NCBI GenBank assembly: GCA_951406725.2
Contig: OX597817.1
Coordinates: 86,614,001-86,678,000, forward strand
Source: Octopus vulgaris
Taxonomy: Eukaryota
Direction of reading: 5' to 3'
DNA length: 64,000 bases
Shown here: positions 39,997-53,464 of the stretch, piece by piece
Layout: each line of letters starts with the position of its first letter
Numbering within the stretch: the stretch's first letter is position 1
Program-made: the position numbers and the translations under genes
The notes under the pieces: model-generated
What the model saw: the letters and a program-made list of their open reading frames with translations, nothing else
The model's database searches: none
What the model was told of the DNA's origin: nothing

Positions 39997-41474
39997 CAGT
40001 GAGACATTGTCCGAATATGTCAGCAACATTCCGTTTTAGAATGTGTCTAGCTCATATGAATATACAACGTGAAACATTTTGAACAGTAGAGCTAGTGATA
40101 TATTCTAACTGTCACCGAGGTAACGGGAGTACTGTAGGAGACTCTCAAATCAGCGAGAAATTTAAAATCTAAGCATATATCGAAACACAGAAATTCATCA
40201 AAAGTAGTCCTATTCAATGAATTAAGAGAAAGGTCAGGACATTATGTGAAGATGGTGAAAAGACATTAGGTTGGTGTGATCCAAACATTCACTTCTACAA
40301 ACATTGCAGAATACCACTTAAATCACTGAAAAGATCTGAAACTAATCAAAATGTGTGTCGTTCTGAGATGTGAGGCTGTAAAGAATGGCCTCAGCAAATA
40401 TGTCATCAAAGGATGTTATTAATTTATTAGATAAATCATCTAAAACAACACGAAGAGGGTAGATCCCAAGACAGATTACTTATGCCAAAATTGGTTCCAT
40501 TAATATCAAAAGATTGGTCATCGGTAGTAACTTTCAAACTTCTTCCCGTCAGGATGATGGAAGAGACTCTAGCGTTATGCAAAACCTGCTTAGTTTATAA
40601 AGCAATCATGTGTTCTACACATCATCAAATAACTCGAGCATCAAAGCCATTTACTGTGAAGTGAACTGCTTAGCCTATGAGTGATCACTGTATGCCAGCA
40701 GTGGATCTGGAAAACCAGAAGCTATATTAGTTGTCATAAAAGAGATTGGCTTTATTCAAGTGGGTAACAATCAGCCTTATTAATGAGAGATTCAAAAGCC
40801 TGCTTTGATATTCAATAGGCTAATTGATTTATTTTGAGATTGGGGAAAACAGTCAGTTCTTGAAAACTACAGACTTCTTCCATAAGTCAGGGAATCACTT
40901 TTTTAAACAACGATTGAACAATTTTGCTAGAACTTGAGATACCAAGACGTATGTCAGGGGATAGGCCTTTCAAAACACTAACTGGGATTTTATATGAGTA
41001 AGAGTATTTGATGAATCAAGATTGTTTACAAGTTTGGAAAGCTTCTTAATTAATACTTCAAATTAATAAAACAGTGCAGATGTGGAAAACACGACAAAGA
41101 ATGGTTAGTCGTTCAACGTGGAACCTGATACAAAGCTCTCTGGAAAAAGCTTGGTTTTTTGGGGGGGCCTAAGAGCGACGAAATACCTTCAAACTGGTAG
41201 GAGACTTGCTATTGGTTATTCTCCAAATTTATATTGGTTATCCAAATTTATATTCGTTATTCTCCAAATTTTACGTAAATCTTAATTAATATTCCTTTAA
41301 ACGGATTCAGCAGAGACTTTGATGGTGTTCCTTAACGCTAGTTGACATTAAGATATTGTGGAAAAATGTTAAATTAGGGATACCCGATTCTGGTAGTATA
41401 GGTGAGGGTTACGATAAACCTATAACCATATTAGTTGATGACCGCTATTGAGAGACAAGGACGTTGTACTAGAG

Positions 41475-41694
41475 CAGTGTCTCTTAACCATTTTACCTAT
41501 GGACCCCTTTCATTCCTATTTTATTAAGATGAACCCTCCTATTCGTTTGATATTTTAAGAAATCATATTTTTATAATTCAGTATTATTAGGAATTGTATC
41601 AAAGAAATTGTTAAAATATTTTGTGTTGTAGAAGTAAAACCAACTTATGGCAGACAAATCTTAACAACATATGGATCCCGATTGAGAACCACTG
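41475..41694. mobile_element. hAT/Charlie-like MITE
   Basis: TIRs CAGTGTCTCTTAACC / GATTGAGAACCACTG; TSD TACTAGAG / AACAAGAG (6/8). Confidence 0.7.
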
Positions 41695-41790
41695 AACAAG
41701 AGAAGCCACCATACTGAGATAATACTTATTTATGTATGGTAGTGATCAGCAGTCATGGGAGTTGCACTCGCAGTACCTCCACAGGAATTA

Positions 41791-42023
41791 AGGCGGCGAG
41801 CTGGCAGAAACGTTAGCACGCCGGGCGAAATACGTTGCTGTATTTCGTCTACCGTTACGTTCTGAGTTCAAATTCCGCCGAGGTCGACTTTGCCTTTCAT
41901 CCTTTCGGGGTCGATAAATTAAGTACCAGTTATGCAATGGGTTTGATGTTATCGACTTAATCCGTTTGTCTGTCCTTGTTTGTCCTCTCCGTGTTTAGCC
42001 CCTTGTGGGCAATAAAGAAATAA
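41791..42023 (+). mobile_element. SINE family B (Nin-domain-like), full length, young
   Basis: GGCGGCGAGCTGGCAGAAACG..GAGTTCAAATTCC..GCCTTTCATCCTTTCGGGGTCGATAAA. Confidence 0.9.
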
Positions 42024-43440
42024 GTACCTCGGCAGGAATTTTTCTCGGCTAGTTTCTAAATTATATTCCGCTGGGGTTGAATTTTCTTTCATACATCTGG
42101 GATCAGTAAAGTATGTCTTATATACTGCCATCTCAATTGATCATATCCTTCCTCTGCAACTACTGTCACCTTGTCTTGCCATTAGAAACTAATATTGCTG
42201 CGGACATTTATAAAAAAAAAAAACAACGAAGTTTGATACGAGTGCAAAGAAATGTCCTACACGCAGACAGTACTATCTTTGTGTCTATTTTAACATCGGA
42301 AACCTTTTAATAGTGAGCGACAATAGATCTAAGAAACTAATTAAGAACAATCTAAAGAGGGTTATTTTTTGTTTGTTTTTTTTTTTTTATATATATGAAG
42401 TTGTCGGAGGTGGAGGATAGCCTGTTGTTTCACGATTTCTATTTTTGTTATTGATTACATTCAGCTATTTATTTTTTTATGATATTACAATAGTATATGA
42501 TTAAACCGTTATCGAAAGAATCAACAGTTCAAGTCAGTTTAGCAAACCGATGCCAGTGTGGAATTCAAATAATTTTCAACGGAGGAAGGGAGTACATAAA
42601 AAAAAGACGAAGCAAAAAGAGTTATGAAAGGGTAAAGATGTCGAAGTAATTGGCAAAAACCACTATTAATAGAATTATTTTTAAAAAAGTCAGTAAGAAA
42701 GAAATACAAATAAAGTAAAATAAAGAATTGAAATAATGCTCAAAATACTTCAGCTGAAATTGAGGTTTCGAATCGAGATTAATCACATAATATGGAATTT
42801 ATCAGATGAAAATGCTTTTATTTTTAAAAGAAATGTTATTAACATTTAGTTTTATTCGTTTGTTTTCGAAACTGTTTCTTTGCTTTTATACGAACTCGGT
42901 AATTTCATGTCACCAGAGAGGCTGCTACAGTATGTTTTTTTAAATACAAAAGTTAAAAAAAGTAATAAACGATCAACCGCTTACTATTCATTATTTAACT
43001 AATGAGCTGTATCTTTACTTCGTATCGTTCCAGCAATTATTTCATTCGCTTCTCTACTTCTGAATTTACTGGTTAATCCCATTTAAAGCACACACACACA
43101 CACACACACACACACATTGTAGTTTCTTTACTTTTTAACATCCCTTCGAGGACTATAATCCCTTGGAACTTTATTTTACTTTAAGCATAAAACAAAATAT
43201 AACCGTACAAATGTCATTCGCCCTACTCGTACTGCTACCGTAGAAAAGACGCACATACTGAATCAATACATACAGAAAGAAAGTGAAAGCTTAGCATTTT
43301 GATAGTTAAGCAAGATTTTTCTCATCAAAAATTGTGAAAGCATTACATTTCCTCACCGATTATACAAGCCACTAAAATTTCACAAAACATCTACATACTT
43401 CTGTAGTCACCTAAGATTTGCAGTAACAGCAAAGCTATGC

Positions 43441-43479
43441 TTCGCTGAAGAGGTACGATAAAACTGAAACATGTCTGGT
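43441..43479 (+). ncRNA. Minimal hammerhead motif with weak stem I
   Basis: CTGAAGA-GGTacgataaaACT-GAAA-CATG-TC. Confidence 0.55.
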
Positions 43480-43499
43480 TACGTAACTTAAATTAATTG

Positions 43500-43700
43500 T
43501 TGCTAATTTAGGCATAAAGCCAGCAGCTTTAAGGTGAGGGTACTAGTTGATTAGTTCGATCCCAGTTCTTGACTTTTGCTATAGTTCATCGATTCGGGGT
43601 GTGGATGAAAGGCAATTTGACCGATTTGTGGGGTTCGAACTTAAGATGTAAAGAGCTGGAAAAAATTACCCAAGGCATTTTATCCGATACTCTACTAAAC
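43500..43700 (-). mobile_element. SINE family B, diverged
   Basis: GGATGAAAGGCAA..TTCGAACTTAAGA. Confidence 0.6.
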
Positions 43701-45256
43701 TTTCCTGGAGAAGATTTCTTCATGAAAGACATTCTAGTTAAAGGAGAGGCTGACATATTTAATACAGTGAATCAAAACAATTAATTAATTAAAATCATAC
43801 TCGTACTGAAGAGAACTTTTTTCGTTTTACTTCTTATTCTTATAGGATGAAGCCAAGAGAAACAACTCCGTAATGCAAAAGTATTAAATTGTGAAGTTTA
43901 CAGCCTTTTTGACAACTGAAACTAAAAGATTAATATGTCTCTTATGTTTCTGATCCTTTGAATGACATAACGAAAAATAAAGATGGTGGGTTTAACCAGG
44001 GTCGTCTTCGTAGTATTATTGCCCACGGACAAATCAATGCACTGGATCCGATAGAATTTATTTATTGACAACGAGCCACAACACATACAGATCAGAAGTG
44101 GACCCCTAGACCTGCTCAGTAGGCCATGTTAAGCTGGAAAATTAGTTGTTCGCCATGCAAGCGTGAAGCAGAATGTCCATGGTGTAGTCTGTCCAAAAGA
44201 ATCTATATCTACTCTGTTACTTCCTTATAGAGTAATTATATCCTTTGCACTTTGCTATTTTGTTAGCTTTTTTTTTTTTAGTATTCTCGAACAGTTTCCA
44301 TAATCCATTACCACCACACTGAAGCAGACCACTGTGTTATCTCTGAATTGTATTTTATATTTTATGTTATCTTTGTTCAGATTCAAATAAATACCTATGG
44401 TTATATAGAGATATTTGTTGAATCACCCACTAAAACTTGTTGGTGTTTCAGTTTTGGGTCTAACATTTTATGACCGGCCACTTGGCCATTACCATACACT
44501 GGGCTGATAATAAAATGCTGCTCGAATGTCCATCAACTCAATTTTCAAGGCCCTATAAAGCCTTGGTGTACCTCTTCCCGCAATTTTCAACAATATCCTT
44601 CTTTAAATGTATGAACCCTTTTTATAGTTCTCAGTTCCCAATTTTCATCAGTGCCCCCTTTAAATGTTCTAGGGTTCTATAAGGGGCATATCACCCTATT
44701 ATCATTGACTGATCTACATGAAGGTGTAATGTTCATGGCCATCGCGAGTGCACCGAAACCGGTGAGATCGACACGATGGAAGTTCTGATCAGTTGCAAAT
44801 TGATGGAAATAGAGAAATCATGGCCGGCAGAAATGAAATTCCAGAGAGTTGAAATGCTGAGAAGGAAGGATTGGAAACTTTAGTGATTAGTGCAAGGCCT
44901 AAAGGATGGACACAATATGGGAGATGAGGGAATCGAGACAGTCTGATTGGAGATAGTAGGAGAACAGCTAGTTCCGGCAGGAGTAGTGATAGTAAGGGTA
45001 AAAATAAGAAGGCAACAGGGTCAGAAATGAAAATGGTTGGTGAGCGATTTCATACTAAACAACCAGGTGGTCTCTTTTTCAGCGCAATGTCAGTTCTGGA
45101 TCAATATAGTCAATAACATCGCAGATATAGAAATTATATATTTAAAAGACTTTAAAAGAGTACTAGCGTCGATTTATTCGTCTATAAAAATTCTTGAAGG
45201 CGGTGCCTCAGTATGACCACCTTCTAGTGAGTGAAACAAATAAAAGATAATATATA

Positions 45257-45313
<57 letters not shown>

Positions 45314-45340
45314 AAATTACTTAGAGAAGTTCATCATAAA

Positions 45341-45373
<33 letters not shown>

Positions 45374-45571
45374 CGTGTTTTTTTCCAGTGTTTACAAATA
45401 ACACGGAAAAAATAAATAAACAGTTACCAGGTTAGCAAAAATTCACACAAGTAACAAGGATGTAATATCCCATTTATAAAGGTAGCAACTCCAGATTTAG
45501 GTGAAATGTTTTGTATAATATAGATGAATAAATAAATGGAGTTCAACGCAGATGCTATACAAATTATTTTA

Positions 45572-45658
45572 CTTCCGACATATGTTTCGAAGACAACATT
45601 GGTATTATTCCAGAGGAATAAAATGTTGTAAAACAATGTAATCTTCTCATCAGAGATA
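45572..45658 (-). ncRNA. Type I hammerhead motif with extended stem II
   Basis: Reverse complement: CTGATGA-GAAG..(ACAACATT/AATGTTGT hairpin)..CTTC-GAAA-CATATG-TC; stem I weak. Confidence 0.68.
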
Positions 45659-45931
45659 GAAAGAAACCAAACACATCAATAAGACATTTTAGCAGAATGT
45701 GATGACTGCGTATATGATGAAGGGAACGCTATCAAGTTTTTTTTTTAAGCCGTTAGCAGATATAACGTCAAAGGTAGTCTATAGAAAGAGAAGGAAGAGA
45801 AAGAAAGGAATTAGCAGAAAACTAATAATGGAGAGATATAGTGCTATAGGTGAATTAGAATTTGAATAACACCTGCGTTTAACTCCACTTATTTATTTTT
45901 ATATATATATATGTGTGTCTGTGTGTACATA

Positions 45932-45984
<53 letters not shown>

Positions 45985-46078
45985 ACATATATGTATATGT
46001 ATATATATATACATATATAGATATAGATACACACACACATACACACACACACACACACATACACACACACACACACAC

Positions 46079-46126
<48 letters not shown>

Positions 46127-46254
46127 ATAGTAAATCTATGTTTCAGGTGTGCCATTTGTATTCTTAGTAGCTAATTAAGGAAGAATTGACTCCCGGCAAA
46201 TACTTCATCCTATGTGTTATAGAACGGTACCATTATTTTAATCTATTTAACTTA

Positions 46255-47133
46255 CGTGGTTTGATCAATAAGTATCTGGACTGTTGCCATAGTAACGAAG
46301 CTAGAGCACGCAGAGCGAAGCTGCTTGGCACAGATTGACCTTCAACTCTGCTGTGCATGCACACTAGGTTTCATCATTCTAGCTCACTTCCGCTGTTTAC
46401 AACAGTGCTTGGAAGCTGTGTAACGTGTGATCGTTGCATTGACCATGACGGAAAAAGTTGAGCAGAGAGTCTGCATCAAATTTTTCCAAAAGCTTGGAGA
46501 TACCTGCTCAGAGGTCTACGCAAAGTTTTCAAAAAGTTTTCATCGTTCTCGATACAATCAAGGACATTTTGTGCAACTGAAACTTTAGTGTCTTTTTGGA
46601 CAGCTGAAAGCAGTTTAGGCTCAAACTTGGTAGACACACGTCTCATAACCAAATCTTCAGTGATAATGGACTGAACTGAACCATCACTAATCTGCACATC
46701 TTCTGAAAAGTCACGGATAGTGATTCGACGATTTCCCGTCACAGCTGCACCCACATCTGCGATGTTTTTCTCAGTTCTGCTGGTTACCGGTCTCCCTGGA
46801 CGTTCGTCAGTATCAACATTTTTTCGACCATCACGAAAACGTCTGAACCACTCGTACACTTGTGTGTAGCTCATACAACCCACTCCATACACTTTCTGCA
46901 ACTTTACGCAGGTCGCTGAACAGGTATCGCCATGACAACGGTCCATATGACGATCATACGCTACACTCCTTCCTTCCAAGCACTGTTTTAAACAGCGGAA
47001 GTGGGCTGGAACGATTAAACTTAGTGCGCATGTACTACAGTGGGTAAGGTCAATCTTTGCCAAGCGGCTTTACTCTGCGTTCTTTAGCTTAGTTACTATA
47101 ACAACAGTTCGGATATTTATTGATCAGACCTCG
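46255..47133. mobile_element. Fold-back mariner element built from two inverted left ends
   Basis: TA-flanked. ~250-bp diverged inverted arms. Both arms carry transposase N-terminal sequence (GDTCS). Confidence 0.85.
46525..46935 (-). pseudogene. Mariner transposase N-terminal DNA-binding region
   Basis: VYEWFRRFRDGR..DERPGRP..RRITIR..KFEPKLL (WVPHEL equivalent); stops before the catalytic domain. Confidence 0.85.
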
Positions 47134-47267
47134 TAGACAAATTTTAGCAGATGTCTTGTGACACTTCTAACTTAGTTTATACTCTTTTATAGCCTTAGTT
47201 TTTCTGACAGCTGTCTCACTTAATACATTGTCGCAAATATATTGTGCACTAATAGTTTATGCCTGAC

Positions 47268-47316
<49 letters not shown>

Positions 47317-47571
47317 CACAATCAAACAAACAAACACACACACGCATACTTTATATATACACTTGTATATATATATGTATGTCATTATTCAGTTTGATTT
47401 CAAGATTTCTCGCCAATAGGGAAAGAGCCGGTTTCTAACCTAAATCCAAGGCTCCTTCACTAGAATCTCAACATCAACAGGGTATTTTTGTATGTATGTA
47501 TGTATGTATGTATGTATGTATGTATGTATGTATGTTTGTATGTATGCATGTATGTATGTATTTTTTTTTTT

Positions 47572-47974
47572 TTTTACTTGTTTCAGTCATTTGACTGCGG
47601 CCATGCTGGAGCACCGCCTTTAGTCGAGCAAATCGACCCCGGGACTTATTCTTTGTAAACCCAGTACTTATTCTATCGGTCTCTTTTGCCGAACCGCTAA
47701 GTTACGCGGACGTAAACACACCAGCATCGGTTGTCAAGCAATGCTAGGGGGACAAACACAGACACACAAACACACACACACACACACATATACATATATA
47801 TACATATATACGACAGGCGTCTTTCAGTTTCCGTCTACCAAATCCACTCACAAGGCATTGGTCGGCCCGGGGCTATAGCAGAAGACACTTGCCCAAGATG
47901 CCACGCAGTGGGACTGAACCCGGAACCATGTGGTTGGTTAGCAAGCTACTTACCACACAGCCACTCCTGCGCCT
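47572..47974 (-). mobile_element. SINE family A, full length
   Basis: Near-identical to the copies at 15884 and 23078. Confidence 0.92.
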
Positions 47975-48457
47975 ATGCATGTATGTATGTATTATCATGT
48001 ATGTATGTATGTATGTATGTATGTATGTATGTATGTATGTATGTATGTATGTATGTATAAATATATATGTATGTATGTATTTGTGTAGATTTGTATGTTT
48101 TGTTTCATGTATGTATTCTCATACATATACTGGCATATATAGACATGTTCTTATATACTTAAATGATAAACTTCTGGAGAGTTTTACAGATTTTTACAAC
48201 TCTATGTGTGGCTTGGATCTGTAGTCTTGGAATCAACTTTCCCCTTTCTGGTTTTCAGAAGCCTACTTTCTCAAGATTGATAATTCGGTAATATGTATGT
48301 ATGTACGTATGCATGCATACACGGATGAGTGACCAAACGAAAGAAAGTAGCACTTCACACATTTAATAACAACCAGATTCAGCTCTACATTACTTAAAGT
48401 TTCGTTGCCGTGTAGAACGAAATGGAGGCCACCTCCTTCTCGTTCACAACAGTAAGA

Positions 48458-48852
48458 TTATATATATATAAATAATATATAAATATATGCATATATACAT
48501 ACATATATGTACACACCTACACATATATGGGTACAGAACATAAAAAAAAACGTAGATATAATGAGAAACGAGAACATTAAAAAACAAAAACATAGAAAAC
48601 GAACTTTCTTTGAACAACGAAAGAAACAGAGAAACGAGACAGACAACATATTGAACATTCCCTTCATCAGTTGTCCCCTGTTTTGAAGGGAATGTCCTTT
48701 ACGTTGCCTCGTTTTCTATGTTTTTATTTTTTCATGTTCCCGTTTCTCAGTTTGTCTATGATTTTTATGTCCTGTACCCATATATGCATATTTATGTAGG
48801 TATGTACATATATGTATATATGCATATATTTATGTATTATTTATATTATTAT
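48458..48852. repeat. Long imperfect inverted repeat (PLE pLTR-like)
   Basis: Arms 48458-48666 and 48684-48852. Confidence 0.75.
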
Positions 48853-49141
48853 ATGATCGAACGCCACACATCCATTTCCAAGTAAGTTTTATAAATATAT
48901 ATATATATCAGGATAAGATCGTTAATTTAAAAATGAAATAACGATTTTACCAAGTGGTCAGCATGGAAAAAATAACCTTCAAAGGTAATAATTATTAAAA
49001 TTATAAATTAGGGTATCTACGAGATACCACCATGGTGAAAATAGCAGCCATGATCCGACTCTAAAACCACCTTAATCTCCATATATCAACACGGAGATAA
49101 AACGAATAGACAAGATGTAACTAGTAAAAAATTACTGCATA

Positions 49142-49199
49142 ATTCTAGATCCGGATTTCTGACTTTGCATTTATGAATGCTTTGCCTCGTCAGTAGAAT
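49142..49199 (-). ncRNA. Type I hammerhead ribozyme
   Basis: Reverse complement: ATTCTA-CTGACGA-GGC..GCATT/AATGC..GTCa-GAAA-TCCGGA-TC-TAGAAT; all stems pair, AUC triplet. Confidence 0.82.
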
Positions 49200-49349
49200 A
49201 AACACAGAAGATAAGCATAAGTACATATATATATAAATACAACATACGAATACTTACATATACGAACGTATACCTACACATATATGCACGTATGCATCAT
49301 ATACATATACGAACGTATACCTACACATATATGCACGTATGCATATATT

Positions 49350-49750
49350 TTTTGACAAGCTCAGAAAATATAAAGACCTACTCATTGAAATTGAGAAAAT
49401 GTGACATCTCAAGGCGGTTACAATACCAGTGATCGTAGGAGCACTAGGAATGATCAAGAAGGGAACCGAAAATTATATGAGAATGATCCCTGGCTTACCA
49501 TCCCTGCAAGAAGTGCAAAAGATTGTTTTAACTGGTACATCACACGTATTGAGAAGATCATTGTCGATGTGAGAACTATTACTACCCATGTATTTTAATT
49601 TAACTTTAAAAAAAAATGAACGAACTAGTGAGTTTAGTTTAATGACCTACCAATGTATACTATGAGTTCCTTTGCCCTAGGAGTCGGGAAGACACTCGGC
49701 AAGAAATGGAAGCAAATTTGAAAGAAGAAGAAAAAAAAGATAATAATAAT
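49350..49750 (+). pseudogene. 3' end of an R4/Dong-type non-LTR element (REL domain, 3' UTR and (AAT)n)
   Basis: KLRKYKDLLIEIEKM*..IPVIVGALGMIKK..LQEVQKIVLTGTSHVLRR. Confidence 0.82.
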
Positions 49751-50464
49751 AAAGCTGAAGTGAAGTCCAAATACACAGTACGTGTGTTTAATTGGTAAAA
49801 TTTTACCATCCCCAAGTATAATAATATCTGTTTCAAAACAACATTTCACATCAAGAATCTTGCAAACCAAATACATAAACGTATGAGGGAGTGAGAAGTA
49901 TACATGGCGTGAGGTGGAGGGAAAGAGAGAAGAGAGGAAAAGGAGAGAGAAAAAGAGGATAAGGCGAATAGTGAGACAGAAAGAGGGAGAAAGAAAACGA
50001 GGGAGAGAAAAGCGTCCATAACGTGAGGTAGGGGTACGCAATATCTATTACGTGGTTAAAAAGTTAGTTGAAGGCAGAGGAAGAGAGTTAAAAATATAAT
50101 TTTAGCAGAGGTGTGACGTTCTAATGGTGAGGTTAATGAAAGGCACACAGAGAGAGAGGAGAGAGAGAAAGAGAGGGGAGGGAGAGCGAGAGAGGAGAGA
50201 GAGGGGAGGGAGAGAGAGATGATGTTGGTGTGGGGACATGGAGGTGGTGGTGATTGGACTTTATATAATCTATCATTTAACGCATGCGTATAAGTGCAAT
50301 TCCGTGAAATATTCACGTTTATTTACATGGCAGATATTCTTTTATTCTATTTTATTCTTTTATTTGTTTCAGATATTTTACTGTGGCCATGCTGGAGCAC
50401 CGCCTTTAGTGGAACAAATCGACCCCAGGGCTTATTCTTTGTAAGCACTCACGATAACGAAAAG

Positions 50465-50509
50465 TGTCGCTGAAGAGGTCACAGATGTGTGACAAAAGAT
50501 TTCAGGACA
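50465..50509 (+). ncRNA. Degenerate hammerhead motif
   Basis: TGTCg-CTGAAGA-gGTCACAgatgTGTGAC-aAAA..gGACA; G12 lost, consistent with CpG decay. Confidence 0.45.
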
Positions 50510-50624
50510 ATGGACATGAGTTAAAATAAGAACAGTAATAAACGAGTGAAGAACGAATATATAGTCCGTGTGTTTATTTGAAAAAAAAATTACCCTCCCG
50601 AAATACAATATATATATATATCAG

Positions 50625-51005
50625 TTTGCAACCACGGCGTACTGAGATCAGTCCCACTGTGTGGCACCTTAAGCGAGTGACTTCTACTATAGCCATGAGC
50701 AGACAAATGCCTTGTGGGTGAATTCCGTAGACAGAAACTGTGTTGAAACCTATCGCGTGTGTGTGTGTGTATGTGTGTGTGTGTGTTTGTGTGTGTGTGA
50801 GTGAGTGAGTGAGTGAGTGGGAGAGTGAGTGAGTGAGTGAGTGAGTGAGTGAGTGAGTGAGTGAGTGAGTGAGTGAGTATGTATTTGAGTTTGCCCCTAC
50901 CCCACAATTGGTGGTTGTTTAAGTGAACCAGCGCTTCGGCAACGGAGACCGAGAGAATAGATATTGAACTTCAAAAGATAAGTACTGAAGTCGATTTTTC
51001 GACTT
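50625..51005 (+). mobile_element. SINE family A, diverged
   Basis: CAGTCCCACTGTGTGGCACCTT..GACAGAAACTG. Confidence 0.7.
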
Positions 51006-51463
51006 TTGCATATTGTTTGTAACAATAATGTTCCTATATCTATCATCAACGTTTCTAGACTTTCACGTACCATATGTAACAACTGCCTTTTAAAAACGAG
51101 CGAATATAATTTGTGTAGACTTTAATGCCAGAATGTAATTTATACAGATTTTATTTGAAATTTTAAATTGGATCGTTACATTTATGCTTTGTTTATTTTA
51201 ACATTGTGATGTTAAAATATGGTTTCATTAATAATCTTGAATTATGCTTCCATTTATAATCTCGTATTTTTGTGGGAAATTCATTATAGTGGCGATGTAT
51301 TGCACTCCTACGTTCCATCAACTTTGTTTTCTGGGGTTTTTTTTGGGGGGGGGGGTTGCAGTGTGCTGTAAATGCTCCTTGCAAATGCAGGATTGAAGTA
51401 AAACGTACTTCCTTGTATAATAAGTCACATACACATACTTATAAATGTGTGTGTGTGTGTATG

Positions 51464-51497
<34 letters not shown>

Positions 51498-51834
51498 TGC
51501 ATGTATGTATTCAAAATAAAACAAACGAAATGAATTTCCGAGTGTTGCTACAGTTGTTTCGTTAAAGTTTGCATTTCGATGTAAGCATGATACACTTATT
51601 CAGGTTATGCATTACACTATGCAACAACTAAGCTCGTCAAGCAACTTCTCAAAACGGAATGACACAATGACTTAAGTAATCCATTGATTCTGAGCAAGGA
51701 GAATTACAAATGAAAATACCGATATTTATGATGTACATAATTAAATGAGTATGTGTGTGTGCGCGCGCGTGTGTGTCTAAAAACATATACACACATACAA
51801 GCATATATGTATACACACACACACACACACACAC

Positions 51835-52163
51835 ACATAAAGATAATTGTACGTAGAAATTCCGGATCTAGTAACTCAATATTTTTTTTACCAAAAAGGT
51901 ATCTCCCATTGTTCTTTAAGTGCATAGTGCAAAAACTATTGGACAAAATCGATCCGAAAGGGTGGGGATCATAAATTTCCCAAAATATTTTCTTAAAATT
52001 CACTTCCACCTCATCTCGTCATTTGCAAGTGTTTGGTGAAAAAAAAAATTGAAAATTCCTCGTCAAAACGGAGAAAATCCGGCTTATGTGGGAGTGCTAT
52101 TCCGAAAGTCTGCTATGGCAGTTTTTGTGAAAATTGCCCGGCAATGACAGGATACTCAGCTAA
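51835..52163 (+). mobile_element. Possible Helitron-like element
   Basis: 3' end GCCCGGCAATGACAGG..CAGCTAAT resembles the 3' end at 26640-26667. Confidence 0.4.
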
Positions 52164-52258
52164 TATATATATAGACAGACAGATAGATATATAAATATTT
52201 CTGTATGCATGTATAAAAACACACACACACACATACACATCTATATATATATTATATA

Positions 52259-52343
<85 letters not shown>

Positions 52344-52367
52344 ATAAGAAATAGTAAGTGCTTGGTA

Positions 52368-52536
52368 CAGTGTTGTATATAAAAAAATTAATAGAAATGG
52401 CTTTTCTGATAAATTTTCACTTTAATAATTAGATGTTTCTAAATTTTTACCTGTAATTTATAAATATCTAATTATTAACGTGGAAAAAATTATCAGGAAA
52501 GCCATTTCTATTCATTTTTATTTTTCATATCACACC
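52368..52536. mobile_element. Hairpin MITE
   Basis: AATAGAAATGGCTTTTCTGATAA..TAATTAGAT / ATCTAATTA..TTATCAGGAAAGCCATTTCTATT; TA-flanked. Confidence 0.65.
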
Positions 52537-53419
52537 TACCTGGAAAAGGGAAGGCAACAGGAAACTACCTCAATATTCATGCAAAGTCTAGTCATGGAAG
52601 CCGAAGTTCCAGTAATTTACTTAACGGCAGCAGGGAAGTGCACGGGTCCTCTAAGGTCGTATACAGAGTACTCGAGAAGGTTCATATGAAGACGACCTGC
52701 CCAAGGCCAGACCACCACTAGAGAGAGTATTATACTTAATACACTGTTGACAGACAAGTTATTGTGGGGTTCTTTTTTTTCCCTCGAAATAAAATATCTT
52801 ATGGGCGTGCTATGTTTAAAAACAAAATATATTGAAGTGGGGCGAGAAATCGTCCCAGCAGCGGTCAGCAAGAACACCAGATACATTTCGGTTTTATTGA
52901 GCTTCACCATGGACGTATACTCACAGTCAATCACAAGCCTAGACGTGAGTTGTCGCCTCCAATATAGGAAACAGTAAATAAATCATTCACAAGCTTACAA
53001 ACAAGTGAATTCAAAACTTCGGATTAGAAGCCGCCACCAGACTAATGGCGACTGGTAAGCCGAAACTTCAAAGTCATTTTCAAACCATTTCTTTGAAAAG
53101 GTTAATATGTATTTTACTAAAAAGAATAAATAACCTTCCAATATACTGTTAACTTTTTTTATATTTGCTTCACAACCACATGGGACTGTGTTCAATCCCA
53201 CTGCGTGTCACTTCAAGCATTTTCTACTATAGGTTCGGACCGACCAAAGCCTTTAAGACGGAAACTAAAAGAAACCCGTCGTGTGTGTGTGTGTTTACTT
53301 ACAATATATGAACAGAGAAGCTGGAGGGCAAGGATTCGCTCCTTTACTCACAGTATATCGGGCACAGGTTATATATTGTGTTTAGGGACGATTGACTGCC
53401 ATCTCTAGCAGGCAAGTAT

Positions 53420-53464
53420 CCAATACCGATAAAGGGTAAAGACCCAGAAACCATGGTCTACTGG
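53420..53464 (+). ncRNA. Degenerate hammerhead in a short tandem unit (53320-53566)
   Basis: CCAaTA-CcGATaA-aGGGTaaagACCCa-GAAA-CCATGG-TC-TAcTGG. Confidence 0.6.

Noticed and set aside
47390-47490. Repeat (also at 57675-57770) with GAAACCGG resembling an HHR on the minus strand
   Set aside because: It is a real repeat, but the core (CTAGTGA/CCAATGA) and stem I fail, so it was not counted as an HHR.
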